Of a DNA stretch of 64,000 bases, positions 27,542-40,156 are shown piece by piece. Location: positions 2,752,001-2,816,000 of the forward strand of contig OZ245002.1 of the NCBI GenBank assembly GCA_965223415.1, given 5' to 3'. Below the pieces are notes generated by a model. It was not told the DNA's origin and did no database searches. It saw nothing but the letters and a program-made list of their open reading frames with translations. This stretch comes from Myxococcota bacterium. Its GTDB lineage: Bacteria > Myxococcota_A > UBA9160 > UBA6930. The position numbers and the translations under genes were made by a program. The stretch's first letter is position 1. Each line of letters begins with the position of its first letter.

Positions 27542-28303
27542 CTACCGCGCCGGAGCCTCCTTCGGCAAGGCCGTGGTCTTCTTGGTGCGCCAGCTGCGGG
27601 GTCCGCACTTGAGCAGGTGGCCGTGGTGGAGGAGGCGGTCGAGCATGGCGGTGACGGCTGCCGTGTCGCCGAGGAGCCGGCCCCAGTCGTCGACGGGTCG
27701 GTTCGAGGTGACGAGGGTGCTGGTGCGCTCGTAGCGGCGCATGATGAGCTCGAGCAGGTCCTCGGCGGCCGTGGTGGGGAGCTTGCGCATGCCGAGGTCG
27801 TCAAGGATGAGCAGCGGCACGCTCGCCATCTCGGCCAGGTACTCCTTGCGGGTGCCGTCGAGGGTCGCATCAGCGAGTTCCTCGAGGAGGACGTGGACCT
27901 CGCGGTAGGCGACGCGATGGCCCTGGTGGATGACGGCGAGGCCGATCGCCTGGGCGAGATGGCTCTTGCCCGTGCCCGGCGGGCCGAGGAAGACAGCGTC
28001 CTCGGCTTGCTCGAGGAAGCGGCCCGTGGCGAGCTCGAAGACCAGGGCGCGATCGATCTTCGTATTGAAGCGGAAGTCGAAGCCGTTGAGGGTCCGGTTG
28101 GCGTCGCGGAAGCGGGCCTGCTTGATGCGCCGGGCCAGCAGTCGGTCCTGCCGGCGCTCGAGCTCGTCCTGGACGAGCGCCGAGAGCAGGTCGATGGCCG
28201 CCCACTCGCCCTTCTGGGCTTCGAGGAGCCGCATCTCCAGATGCTCGGCCATGCCCGAGAGCCGGAGCTTGCGCAGTGCGGGATCGAGTTCAGTCAGATT
28301 CAC
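27542..28303 (-). CDS. istB: IS21 helper ATPase IstB
   Basis: GPPGTGKS, LLILDDLG, TSN, AMLDRLLH, SWR. Confidence 0.95.
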   Translation of the reverse strand: MNLTELDPALRKLRLSGMAEHLEMRLLEAQKGEWAAIDLLSALVQDELERRQDRLLARRIKQARFRDANRTLNGFDFRFNTKIDRALVFELATGRFLEQAEDAVFLGPPGTGKSHLAQAIGLAVIHQGHRVAYREVHVLLEELADATLDGTRKEYLAEMASVPLLILDDLGMRKLPTTAAEDLLELIMRRYERTSTLVTSNRPVDDWGRLLGDTAAVTAMLDRLLHHGHLLKCGPRSWRTKKTTALPKEAPAR

Positions 28304-29879
28304 GAGAGGTCTCCTCGGTGCGGCGATCGATGAGATCGCGGTAGTGGGTGAGCTGGCGGATGAGCGGGTCCACCTGCTTGAGCGAGAGCGGCAGCTCGGG
28401 CTGACGCTCCAGGTAGCGCTTGACGAACGCGTAGGTGGGCAGCTCGAGGGCCAGGGCGGTGGCGCAGGCATCGTCGACGCGAGGGATGCCGTGGCGCTTG
28501 CACAGGGAGAGCACGCCCAGGATGCGACGCACCCCGGGCTCGCCGTCCAGGCGATGGATCGCCTCACACACCTCGCCCACGTGGACGCCGGCGCGCCGGG
28601 CCCGCGCGAGCAGCTGGAGGGTCGTGGCCGGCGTCCGCTTCGGGCGGTCCTCCTCCCGCATCCTGCGGCGCCCCCGCCTCTGGCGGACGTGCTCGCGCAG
28701 CAGCTCCCCCGTCTGCAGATCGAGCATCCGCACCCGCAGCCCGTCCCATTGGACGGCCACCCGCCGCCCCAGCCAGCCCGGCGGCGCGTGGTAGTAGGCC
28801 CCCTCCACCTCGATGGCCCCGTCGAGGTGCACCGTGCGCTCGCCGTGCTGGTAGTAGCGGAAGGGCTCGATGGGAAGCCCGAGCAGGTGCGGCTTCTCCT
28901 CTTCGTACATCGCCGCCACCTGGCGCTTGGTCGTGCCGTGGATGCGGGTGTCGGCCCATCGGCGCTCCCAGCGGTCGAGGTAGGCCTGGGCCTGCTCGAG
29001 CGACTCGAAGCGCATCCCGCGGACCTTCTGCTGCGCGTGGCGCACCCCGGACTCGACCTTCCCCTTGCGATCGGGGTGGCGCACCCGGCACGGAAGCGCC
29101 GTCACGCCGTAGTGGGCGAGCACATCGCGGTAGAGGGGGTTGAGCGCGGGGTCGTAGACGTCGGGCTTGAGAACGCCCTCCTTGAGGTTGTCGAGGACGA
29201 CGGTGCGCGGTGCACCGCCCAGCCGGCGGAAGGCCTTCTCGTGCAGCTCCGACCAGACCTGGCTGCTCGACTTCCACACGAGCAGCCGAACGCACTTGCG
29301 GCTGTAGCCCAGGGTGAAGACGAACAGCCTCGTGCGCCGGTACTTCCCCGACCCGGGATGCCGCACCATCGGCCCGTCGCCGTAGTCGACCTGGCCCTCT
29401 TCTCCCGGTGCCGTCTCGATCACCGGGTGCGCCTCGCGCGGCGCCGCGGCTCGCTGCTTCGCCACGAAGCGCTTCACACTCGCATAGCTGAAGGCGAAGC
29501 CGTGGTCATCGACTAGGTCCTGCCAGATCGCCATCGCCGTCCGGCCCTGGCGCACGCCCGCCTCGATCCACTCGCGGTAGGGCTCGCAGGCGCTGGCCTG
29601 GGGGCTCCGGCCCGGCATCGGCGGCCAGGCCGGATCGGTGGACGCCTCTTTGGCCGCTTTTGCCGGGGCCTTCGAGTCGGTGGACGCCTCTATGGCCGGG
29701 TTTGGGGCCCCGTGCCCCCAGCGACCAGGAGATCGCACCGCGATCCCCGCGGCCCGGAGGTAACGGCTCGCCGTCTCCCGGCGCACGCCCGTCGCCTCCT
29801 CGATCCGCCGAAGCGACCAGCCGAGGCGGCCAAGTGCCAGAATCTGCTCGCGTTTCTCGTTGCCCAGAAGGTTCGCCAT
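28290..29879 (-). CDS. istA: IS21 transposase IstA
   Basis: HTH, ETAPGEEGQVDYG, LDNLKEGV, KGKVES, RIHGTT. Confidence 0.95.
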   Translation of the reverse strand: MANLLGNEKREQILALGRLGWSLRRIEEATGVRRETASRYLRAAGIAVRSPGRWGHGAPNPAIEASTDSKAPAKAAKEASTDPAWPPMPGRSPQASACEPYREWIEAGVRQGRTAMAIWQDLVDDHGFAFSYASVKRFVAKQRAAAPREAHPVIETAPGEEGQVDYGDGPMVRHPGSGKYRRTRLFVFTLGYSRKCVRLLVWKSSSQVWSELHEKAFRRLGGAPRTVVLDNLKEGVLKPDVYDPALNPLYRDVLAHYGVTALPCRVRHPDRKGKVESGVRHAQQKVRGMRFESLEQAQAYLDRWERRWADTRIHGTTKRQVAAMYEEEKPHLLGLPIEPFRYYQHGERTVHLDGAIEVEGAYYHAPPGWLGRRVAVQWDGLRVRMLDLQTGELLREHVRQRRGRRRMREEDRPKRTPATTLQLLARARRAGVHVGEVCEAIHRLDGEPGVRRILGVLSLCKRHGIPRVDDACATALALELPTYAFVKRYLERQPELPLSLKQVDPLIRQLTHYRDLIDRRTEETSRESD

Positions 29880-29988
29880 GGCGGCGGGGGATCGCAGGTC
29901 CCTCGCCGTCGTCAACGTCCTGGGCGTCAGCCCCTATGGCCGCTTTTCAGACGTCCTTCTATGGCCGGTTTTGGGTGTCCACCGAGGG

Positions 29989-30301
29989 CCTCGAAGACCG
30001 GGAGGCCGAGGGCACGGGCCGCCTGCTTGCACATCTCGAACTGGGGCGCGAGATCGTCGGGAACCTCGTCGCCCCGCGAGGCCTTGTAGCCCGGGAAGGC
30101 GTCGTTCCGGAACGACGTCATTGCGAAGTCGAAGCAGCAGGCCATGTGGGTCGGCTCCTGCTCCGAGAGGAGCCGCAGCAGCGTGTTGGTGAAGCCGTAG
30201 GCCGCCTGAGTGGCCGTCTCGCCGTCCGGCCCGAGCATCTCCGGCAGCGAGAAGTACGCCCGGAAGACGTAGACATGCGCATCGATCAGATGAACGAGCA
30301 T
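29989..30301 (-). pseudogene. 5'-3' exonuclease (PolI N-terminal/FEN-like), truncated at IS21 B
   Basis: HLIDAHVYVFRAYF, YGF, FD..SFRN..PGYKASR; frame runs into the IS end before the expected EADD motif. Confidence 0.88.
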
Positions 30302-30303
30302 CG

Positions 30304-30329
30304 ACAACTTAACAAACGAAACCGGCCCC
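30304..30329. repeat. Short dispersed intergenic repeat, copy 1
   Basis: ACAACTTAACAAACGAAACCGGCCCC; 22/26 identical to the reverse complement of 52386-52411. Confidence 0.6.
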
Positions 30330-30333
30330 TATC

Positions 30334-32040
30334 TTAACGGCGCTCTTCGAGGACGGCGTTCTGGACGATGTCGGCGGCCTTGTGGACTTCGACGTCGCGT
30401 TTTTCGGCGCCGCGGCGGCGGAAGAGCTCGACCTGGCCGTTGGCCAGGCCCTTGGGGCCGACGGTGAGGCGATAGGGGATGCCGACCAGCTCGGCGTCCT
30501 TGAACTTCACGCCGGGGCGTTCGTCGCGGTCGTCGAGGACGGCGTCGATGCCGTCGCCAACGAGGCTCTCGTAGATGCGTTGGCCGGCCTCGGCGCTCTC
30601 CACGTCCTTCGGGTTGACGACGGTGACCACCACCTCGAAGGGCGCGACGTTGACCGGCCAGATGATGCCGTTCTCGTCGTTCCAGCTCTCGACGATCGCC
30701 GCCAGGGCACGGCCCACGCCGATGCCGTAGGAGCCCATGATGATGGGGACCTTCTTGCCGTTCTCGTCCTGCACCTCGGCGCCGAGGGCCTCGCTGTACC
30801 TCGTGCCGAGCTTGAAGATGTGGCCGACCTCGACCGTCTTGCGCACCTGGAGCGCAGCCTCGCACATGGGGCAGGCCTCGCCCTCGGTCACCTCGCGCAG
30901 GTCCATCCACTCGGTGACGGAGACGTCCCGCGCCACCGATACCCCGCGCAGGTGGAAGTCGTCCTCGTTGGCACCGGTCGTCATGTTCGTGCGGCCCTCG
31001 AGGGCGACGTCCGCGATCACGCGCAGCCCTTCCACGCCCACGGCGCCGAGGCTTCCTGCGGACGCGCCGAGAGCCCGGCGGATCTCGTCGCCCGCAGCCG
31101 GGCGCAGCAAACTCGCCCCGGTACCGTCGGCGAGCTTCTGCTCTACGAGCCCGTGATCTCCGCGCAGCAGCACCAGGGTGGGCGCGTCGTCGACGAGGTA
31201 GACGAGGGTCTTGATCTGGCGGTCCGCCGGGGCACCGCCCTCGAACGACGCCAGGTCCTCGATCGTGCGCACGCCGGGCGTCGCGAACTTCTCGGGCGCG
31301 TCGGGTCCGGCTTCGTCGTTCGCACCTTCGAGCAGCGACGTCGCCTTCTCCACGTTGGCTGCGTAGCCGCAGGCCCCGCAGGAGACCACCCAGTCCTCGC
31401 CCGCCGGCGTCTCGACCATGAACTCGATCGACTCGCTCCCGCCCATCGCGCCGGAGGAGGCCTCGACGGCGAGGGTGTCGAGCCCAAGCCGGTCGTAGAT
31501 CCGCCGGTAGGCCTCGAAGTGCTGCTGGAAGGCGTGGTCGAGCCCTTCGGGCGCGACGTCCATCGAGTACGAGTCCTTCATGGTGAACTCGCGCACCCGC
31601 AGGAGCCCGGACTTCGGCCGCTCCTCGTCGCGGAACTTCGTCTGGAACTGGAACCAGGTCTGGGGCAGCTCCTTGTAGGAGCGCAGCTCCCGCGCCAGCC
31701 AGGCGAAGATCTCCTCGTGGGTGAAGCCGAGGCAGGTGCTCGCGCCGTGGCGATCTTCGAGCTTGAACATCACGTCCACGCCCGCGCGCCCGGACTTCTC
31801 GAGGATGTCCATGGGCAGGAGCGCAGGCAGGCTGAACTCCTGCCCGCCGATCTTGCCCATCTCCTCGCGGATGATGCCCTCGACCTTGTCGTGCACGCGC
31901 TTGCCGAGGGGAAGCAGCGAGTACACCCCTGCCATCAGCTGGCGCATGAAGCCGCCGCGCACGAGCAGGCGGTGGCTCGCGGCCTCGGCGTCCGCCGGGT
32001 CGTCGCGGAGGGTGGGAATGAACGCCTGACTCCAGCGCAC
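30334..32040 (-). CDS. proS: Proline--tRNA ligase (with INS editing domain)
   Basis: ASHRLLVRGG, THEE, KFRDEERP..GLLRVREFTMKDSYS, EVGHIFKLG, MGSYGIG. Confidence 0.98.
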   Translation of the reverse strand: MRWSQAFIPTLRDDPADAEAASHRLLVRGGFMRQLMAGVYSLLPLGKRVHDKVEGIIREEMGKIGGQEFSLPALLPMDILEKSGRAGVDVMFKLEDRHGASTCLGFTHEEIFAWLARELRSYKELPQTWFQFQTKFRDEERPKSGLLRVREFTMKDSYSMDVAPEGLDHAFQQHFEAYRRIYDRLGLDTLAVEASSGAMGGSESIEFMVETPAGEDWVVSCGACGYAANVEKATSLLEGANDEAGPDAPEKFATPGVRTIEDLASFEGGAPADRQIKTLVYLVDDAPTLVLLRGDHGLVEQKLADGTGASLLRPAAGDEIRRALGASAGSLGAVGVEGLRVIADVALEGRTNMTTGANEDDFHLRGVSVARDVSVTEWMDLREVTEGEACPMCEAALQVRKTVEVGHIFKLGTRYSEALGAEVQDENGKKVPIIMGSYGIGVGRALAAIVESWNDENGIIWPVNVAPFEVVVTVVNPKDVESAEAGQRIYESLVGDGIDAVLDDRDERPGVKFKDAELVGIPYRLTVGPKGLANGQVELFRRRGAEKRDVEVHKAADIVQNAVLEERR

Positions 32041-32083
32041 GGCGCGTCTCCTGGCGGCTTGCGGGTGGGAGGATCGTCCGAGG

Positions 32084-32953
32084 CTACCCGCCGATCGGCG
32101 TCCCCGCCTCCTCCGTGAGGCGCACGAACGCCCGGGAGAGCTCGTCCATCACCGGGCGTTGCCCGTTGCCGATGGGTCGGCCGTCGAAGGAGCCGACCGG
32201 CACGATCCGTGCGCCGCTGCCCGAGAGGAAGACCTCGTCCGCGGCGAAGAGGTCGAACCGCCCGAGCCTCCGCACCTCGGCGGCGATGCCCTCTTGCGCC
32301 GCCAGCTCCAGAAGGCTGCGACGCGTGATGCCCTCGAGCGCCCCGTCGGTGGCCGGCGGCGTCACCAGGACGCCGTCGCGCACGGCGAAGACATTGGCCA
32401 CGGAGGCCTCGGCCACGTGGCCTCCGGTGTTCAGCAGGAGGGCCTCGTCGGCGCCCCGCTGGCGGGCCTCGAGCTTGGCGAGGGCGCTTCCGAGGTAGTT
32501 CAGGCTCTTGACCCGCGGGTCGAGCACGTCGGCCGGCGGCCGCCGCCAGCTCGAGGTCACGAGCGCGATGCCTTCCCTGAGCTTCTCCTCCGGGTAGATC
32601 CGCACTTCGTCGGCGATGCAGACGATGCGGGCGCGCGGGCAGGTGGTGGGATCGACGCCGAGGGCACCTTCGCCCCGGGAGACGATCAGGCGCAGGTAGG
32701 CCTCGTCCCGCCCGAAAGCGCGGGCCGTCGCGAGGGTCGCCTCGCGGGCCGCTTCGATCCCGCCCGGGATGTCCAGGGCCAGGGCACGAGCCGCCGTCGC
32801 GAGACGGACCAAGTGGTCCTCGAGGCGGAAGATCTTCCGGTGGTAGACCCGCATGCCCTCGAAGACGCCGTCGCCGTAGAGGAAGCCGTGATCGGTCACC
32901 GGGATGCGCGCGTCCTCGGGCGCAACGATCCCACCGTCGAGCCACACCTTCAC
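32084..32953 (-). CDS. ilvE: Branched-chain amino acid aminotransferase (class IV)
   Basis: DHGFLYGDGVFEG, KSLNYL, DEALLLN, LEGITR, ADEVFL. Confidence 0.88.
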   Translation of the reverse strand: MKVWLDGGIVAPEDARIPVTDHGFLYGDGVFEGMRVYHRKIFRLEDHLVRLATAARALALDIPGGIEAAREATLATARAFGRDEAYLRLIVSRGEGALGVDPTTCPRARIVCIADEVRIYPEEKLREGIALVTSSWRRPPADVLDPRVKSLNYLGSALAKLEARQRGADEALLLNTGGHVAEASVANVFAVRDGVLVTPPATDGALEGITRRSLLELAAQEGIAAEVRRLGRFDLFAADEVFLSGSGARIVPVGSFDGRPIGNGQRPVMDELSRAFVRLTEEAGTPIGG

Positions 32954-33720
32954 GAGCCCGCCTCCCGGATGCGCGGGCGGGGCGCGCGCAGCCGCTCCTC
33001 GATGCGTCCGGCGGCGACGCGCAGGCGTTGGACCAGGGGCATCGCTCCGAGTCGCTCGATCTGCTCCGAGGCGGCGGCGACCGCGAGAGCGGCCTCGAGC
33101 CGCTGCCCGTTCCAGAGCGGCACCGCCACGACGGACATCCCGGGGATCCACTCGCCGCGGTTCTCCGCCCACCCGCGCAGGCGCACGCGGCGCACCTCCG
33201 TCTCCAGGGCGGCGTGGCTCGTCGCGGTGCGGTCGGTGAAGGGCTCGAGCGCACTTCCGCCCAGGGCCACGGCACCCGGCGCGAACGCCAGCACGAGCTT
33301 GCCGATGGCGGTGGCGTGCACGGGGATGCCCTCGCCCACCCGCGGTGCCGCCCGCAGGAAGCCGGTCCCCTCGACCTGGTCCAGCACGAGGATGCGGCCC
33401 GCCCGCGGCCCGGCCAGGAACACCGTCTCCCCGAGCTCGCCCGCCGCGGCCTCCAGCTCGGGACGGGCGAGGGACAGCAGCGGATCCCGCTCCAGCTGGG
33501 CCAGCCCGAGCGCCACGAGGGCGGAGCCCGTGCGGTAGCGCCGCCGATCGTCCTGCTCCACGAGCCCCCGGCGCGCCAGGGAGGTGAGCAGGCGGTGGGT
33601 CGTGGACTTCCCGAGCCCGAGGGTCCGGGCCAGGGCAGTGACGCCAGCGGGCTCCTGGGCCGTGCTGAGCGCGAACAGCAGATCGACCGCGTTGTCGACT
33701 GTCGAGAGAGTTTGTTCCAT
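32950..33720 (-). CDS. IclR family transcriptional regulator
   Basis: HTH LGLGKSTTHRLL, PVHATAIGKLVLA, FTDRT, VRLRGWA. Confidence 0.93.
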   Translation of the reverse strand: MEQTLSTVDNAVDLLFALSTAQEPAGVTALARTLGLGKSTTHRLLTSLARRGLVEQDDRRRYRTGSALVALGLAQLERDPLLSLARPELEAAAGELGETVFLAGPRAGRILVLDQVEGTGFLRAAPRVGEGIPVHATAIGKLVLAFAPGAVALGGSALEPFTDRTATSHAALETEVRRVRLRGWAENRGEWIPGMSVVAVPLWNGQRLEAALAVAAASEQIERLGAMPLVQRLRVAAGRIEERLRAPRPRIREAGS

Positions 33721-33732
33721 ATACCGGTCTCA

Positions 33733-33751
33733 TGTCCTTTTTAATGGGACA
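33733..33751. promoter_or_regulatory. Possible IclR operator
   Basis: AT-rich imperfect palindrome TGTCC-TTTTTAATG-GGACA just upstream of the iclR start. Confidence 0.35.
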
Positions 33752-33892
33752 ATTGTACGGCCGAGGCCCGGTGGGGTCAAATCCTTTCGCCCCCAGAGCC
33801 CACCGGCTAGGATCGACCGACCGGCGCTGCGCTCTCCCCCGGGCAGGCCACCGTGTCCCCCGGCCCACCAACCACCAGAGGCGTAAGCGTAC

Positions 33893-35047
33893 GTGGCGGA
33901 CTTCGAGCGCATCGAGAATGCATCCGAACTCGAAGCGCTGGCTCGGGAGCTGCTGAAGCAGAAGGTGGTCGCCTTCGATACGGAGGCGGACAGCTTCTAC
34001 CACTACTTCGACAAGACCTGTCTGGTGCAGGTCGCGACGAAGCGGCGCATCTACCTGATCGATCCGCTCGCCCTCGGGGGCCCGGCGGAGCTCCAGCCGC
34101 TCGCACCGGTGATGGCGTCGCCGGACATCCGCAAGATCTTCCACGCCGCCGAGTACGACCTGTTCGTCCTGAAGCGCGATTGCGGCTTCACCTTCGCGAG
34201 CCTCTTCGACACGATGATCAGTGCCCAGCTTCTGGGATACCCGGCCATCGGACTGGCGGCGCTGATCGAGCGCCACTTCGAGATCAAGCTGCCCAAGGAC
34301 GAGCAGCGCTCGGATTGGTCGGCCCGCCCGCTCCGGGACAGCCAGCTCACCTACGCCGCGGCGGACGTCACCCATCTGATTCCGTTGGCGAAGCTGCTGG
34401 AGAAGGAGCTCAAGAAGGCCGGCCGGCTGGACTGGGCCCAGGAGGAGTTCGAGACCCTCACCCAACGCCAGTGGCCCGAGCGGGAGTTCGACCGGCTGGG
34501 CTACCTGCGCATCAAGGGCGCCCGCGCCCTGGATCCCAAGGCGCTGTCGGTGTTGCGCGAGCTCTATCTAGTGCGCGACAAGCGCGCGCGGGACATCGAC
34601 CGGCCGCCGTTCAAGGTGCTGGGCAACCGCGCACTGCTCGAGATCGCCGAGCGCATGCCGCGGACGGATGCCGCGCTGAGCAAGGTGAAGGGCGTCACGG
34701 ACCTGATCCTCCGGCGCTTCGGCCGCGAGATCCTCGCCGCGGTCGAGCGTGGCGCCCAGAAGAACCACGGCCCGGTTCCGAAGAAGATGGGCGGCAACGG
34801 CTCCGGCCGCCGCCGCATGGACCGCACGACCGAGAAACGGGTGGCAGCCCTCAAGCGTTGGCGCACCGGCCGCGCCAAGGACCTGGCGATGGATCCCGGC
34901 GTGCTGTGCCCGAACGCGACCCTCGAGACGATCGCGTGGAAGAAGCCGAAGCAGGCCTCGGAGCTCGAAGGCCTTCCGGGCGTGAAGGGCTGGTTCGCCC
35001 GCAACTTCGGCAGCGAGATCGTCGAGGCGCTCGAGGCCGACGGGTAG
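33893..35047 (+). CDS. rnd: Ribonuclease D (DEDDy exonuclease + HRDC domains)
   Basis: AFDTE, CLVQVA, KIFHAAEYD, FDTMI, SDWSARPL..QLTYAAADV. Confidence 0.93.
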   Translation: MADFERIENASELEALARELLKQKVVAFDTEADSFYHYFDKTCLVQVATKRRIYLIDPLALGGPAELQPLAPVMASPDIRKIFHAAEYDLFVLKRDCGFTFASLFDTMISAQLLGYPAIGLAALIERHFEIKLPKDEQRSDWSARPLRDSQLTYAAADVTHLIPLAKLLEKELKKAGRLDWAQEEFETLTQRQWPEREFDRLGYLRIKGARALDPKALSVLRELYLVRDKRARDIDRPPFKVLGNRALLEIAERMPRTDAALSKVKGVTDLILRRFGREILAAVERGAQKNHGPVPKKMGGNGSGRRRMDRTTEKRVAALKRWRTGRAKDLAMDPGVLCPNATLETIAWKKPKQASELEGLPGVKGWFARNFGSEIVEALEADG

Positions 35048-35508
35048 GGGCCCGTACGCGGGACGTCTCGTGCGGAGACCGGGGCGGGGCCGGGTGCGGG
35101 TGCTTGCGCTGGTCTCCTTGGCATCCGGGTGTGCGGGACGGGGCCCTCTCCTTGCCCGAGAGTCGGCGGCGGGGATGGATGGAGCTCCAGGGCCTCTGGA
35201 GGGCCCTGGCGAGGCGTTCGGGTAGGACGGCGCCGCATGGCGGGATCCGTCGCTCGCTCCAGCACCCGCACCCGGCCCGAGGACCGGCTCGTCAGGCCGT
35301 TCGGGGTGAAGAGCGCGGAGGGCGCGAGCCCTCCCGGCGCAAGCCCAGCGAGCCTTGCGGCCGGTGCGATGAGGCGAGCGCAGCGACGTCCTGATTCCGG
35401 CACCCGACCGAAGACGGCGAGCGAGCGAGAGCCCGGAGGGCGCGTGCCCCTCCGAGAGCAAGCCCTGCCGGGGCGCGCAGTGAGCCGAAGGCGAACGAAG
35501 AATCACGA

Positions 35509-35547
35509 CAAAAAGGAAAAGGCCCTCCGGAACTTCCGGAGGGCCTT
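35509..35547 (-). terminator. Intrinsic terminator for a minus-strand transcript
   Basis: Perfect GC stem GGCCCTCCGGA/TCCGGAGGGCC followed by TTTTCCTTTTT on the minus strand. Confidence 0.85.
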
Positions 35548-35700
35548 CGATCAACCTGGAGTCTTGGCGTTGGCCGAGTCAGGCGGGGTGCCGTTCTGGG
35601 GGAAAGCGCCTTAGCAGACTCGGTTACTCCTCGACTCGGGATTCGAAGGTCTGCGCGCCCGATGAGACCGTTCGATTCCCATTCCAGGTTGGCTCCACGC
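35510..35700 (-). ncRNA. Candidate structured small RNA (family unassigned)
   Basis: Lies between a sigma54-like promoter and a terminator; long-range stem AACCTGGA/TCCAGGTT, inner stem GCAGAC/GTCTGC; no convincing CDS. Confidence 0.5.
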
Positions 35701-35710
35701 TGTTGGGTAT

Positions 35711-35727
35711 TACACGTGGCGTGCCAA
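35711..35727 (-). promoter_or_regulatory. Sigma54-like promoter
   Basis: TTGGCACG-CCAC-GTGTA versus consensus TGGCACG-N4-TTGCW; -24 element exact, -12 element deviant. Confidence 0.45.
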
Positions 35728-35982
35728 CCCGCAGGGTCGGCGCCGACCCGCCCCAACTCATTGATTTTGCTTGGTTTCTTCGCCAGCCGGGCCGAGAGCA
35801 GGATCGCGGAGGCTGCCGCCGGATGATGCAGGCGTGAGCCCCGCGGATTCGGGGCCCCGGGGTAAAACTAGTGGTGCCGCACCGGGTTGCGCCCCCGCAG
35901 GCCAGTGCCACATGCGTTGGCGGCGCCACTCCGGGCGGCACGGTCTCGTTCCCGGGGCGGCAGGCGTTATCCTGCACGCCTC

Positions 35983-37287
<1,305 letters not shown>

Positions 37288-37299
37288 TCAGGAGACGGA

Positions 37300-39255
<1,956 letters not shown>

Positions 39256-39265
39256 CGGGCGGCCC

Positions 39266-40105
39266 ATGAGCGAGCTCGCCCGGCTGCTCGAGCGCGAGCC
39301 TCCGCGCCCGTGGGCGTGCGGCGGGAAGATCCCCTGGAACGAGCCGGGCTTCAGCGAGCGGATGCTGCGGGAGCACCTCTCGCAGGTGCACGACGCTGCG
39401 AGCCGTCGGGCCGAGCGCATCGACGCCCACGTGGCGTGGATCCACGCGCGATGGCTGGCGGACGGAGCGAAGCGCGTGCTCGATCTCGGCTGCGGGCCGG
39501 GTCTCTACACCGAGCGCCTCGCCCGCCACGGCCACCGCTGCGTCGGCGTGGACTTCTCGCCGGCGTCGGTCGCCTACGCGAGGAGGCAGGCCGAGACGCT
39601 GGGGCTCGAATGCCGGTACCTCGAGGCAGACCTGCGCACGGCCGATCCCGGCACGGGCTTCGACCTCGCGCTGCTCGTGTTCGGCGAGCTGAACGCGTTC
39701 CCACCCGAGGAGGCCCGGGAGATCCTCCATCGCGCCCGGTCGTCCCTCGTCGCGGGCGGAGCCCTGCTGCTCGAGGTGCATGACCCGGCGTACGTCCATC
39801 GCATCGGGCGAGCGGAGCCCAGCTGGAGTACGGCCGCTTCCGGGCTCTTCTCCGACGCCCCGCATCTCCGGCTCGAGGAGTGTGCCTGGGACGAGGACGA
39901 GCAGGCCTCGGTGGAGCGCTACCTGGTCGTCGACCTGGCCAGCGGAATGGTGTCGGAGTACGCGAGCACCCTGCAGGCCTATCCGGACGACGCACTTCGG
40001 GACATGCTGCGCGAAGCGGGGTTCGCGGATGTCGAACCCTTCCCTTCCCTCACGGGAGAGGCTGCGGCCCCCCACGACGGACTGCACGTCCTGGCCGCGG
40101 CGTGA
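39266..40105 (+). CDS. Class I SAM-dependent methyltransferase
   Basis: VLDLGCGPG, GVDFS, KIPWNEPGFSERMLREHLSQ N-terminal motif. Confidence 0.9.
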   Translation: MSELARLLEREPPRPWACGGKIPWNEPGFSERMLREHLSQVHDAASRRAERIDAHVAWIHARWLADGAKRVLDLGCGPGLYTERLARHGHRCVGVDFSPASVAYARRQAETLGLECRYLEADLRTADPGTGFDLALLVFGELNAFPPEEAREILHRARSSLVAGGALLLEVHDPAYVHRIGRAEPSWSTAASGLFSDAPHLRLEECAWDEDEQASVERYLVVDLASGMVSEYASTLQAYPDDALRDMLREAGFADVEPFPSLTGEAAAPHDGLHVLAAA

Positions 40106-40156
40106 ACGGATCGTTTCCCGGCGTGCCGGCTTCCGGGGGCGGCTAACGTTGGAGCC

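Larger units (their letters stand above)
27462..29988 (-). mobile_element. IS21 family element B
   Basis: 12-bp perfect outer IR CCCTCGGTGGAC / GTCCACCGAGGG with tandem sub-terminal repeats containing CGGCCA; no flanking direct repeat; exact ends +/- few bp. Confidence 0.88.

Noticed and set aside
35636..35690. tRNA/tmRNA-like fragments (GGATTCGA, GTTCGATTCCC..CCA)
   Set aside because: T-stem and acceptor stem do not pair; no cloverleaf or tag-peptide frame
35510..35700. Assignment as 6S RNA or cobalamin riboswitch
   Set aside because: Length fits 6S but the pairing looks branched rather than a rod with a central bubble; no B12 box and no downstream gene. Left unassigned pending an Rfam search
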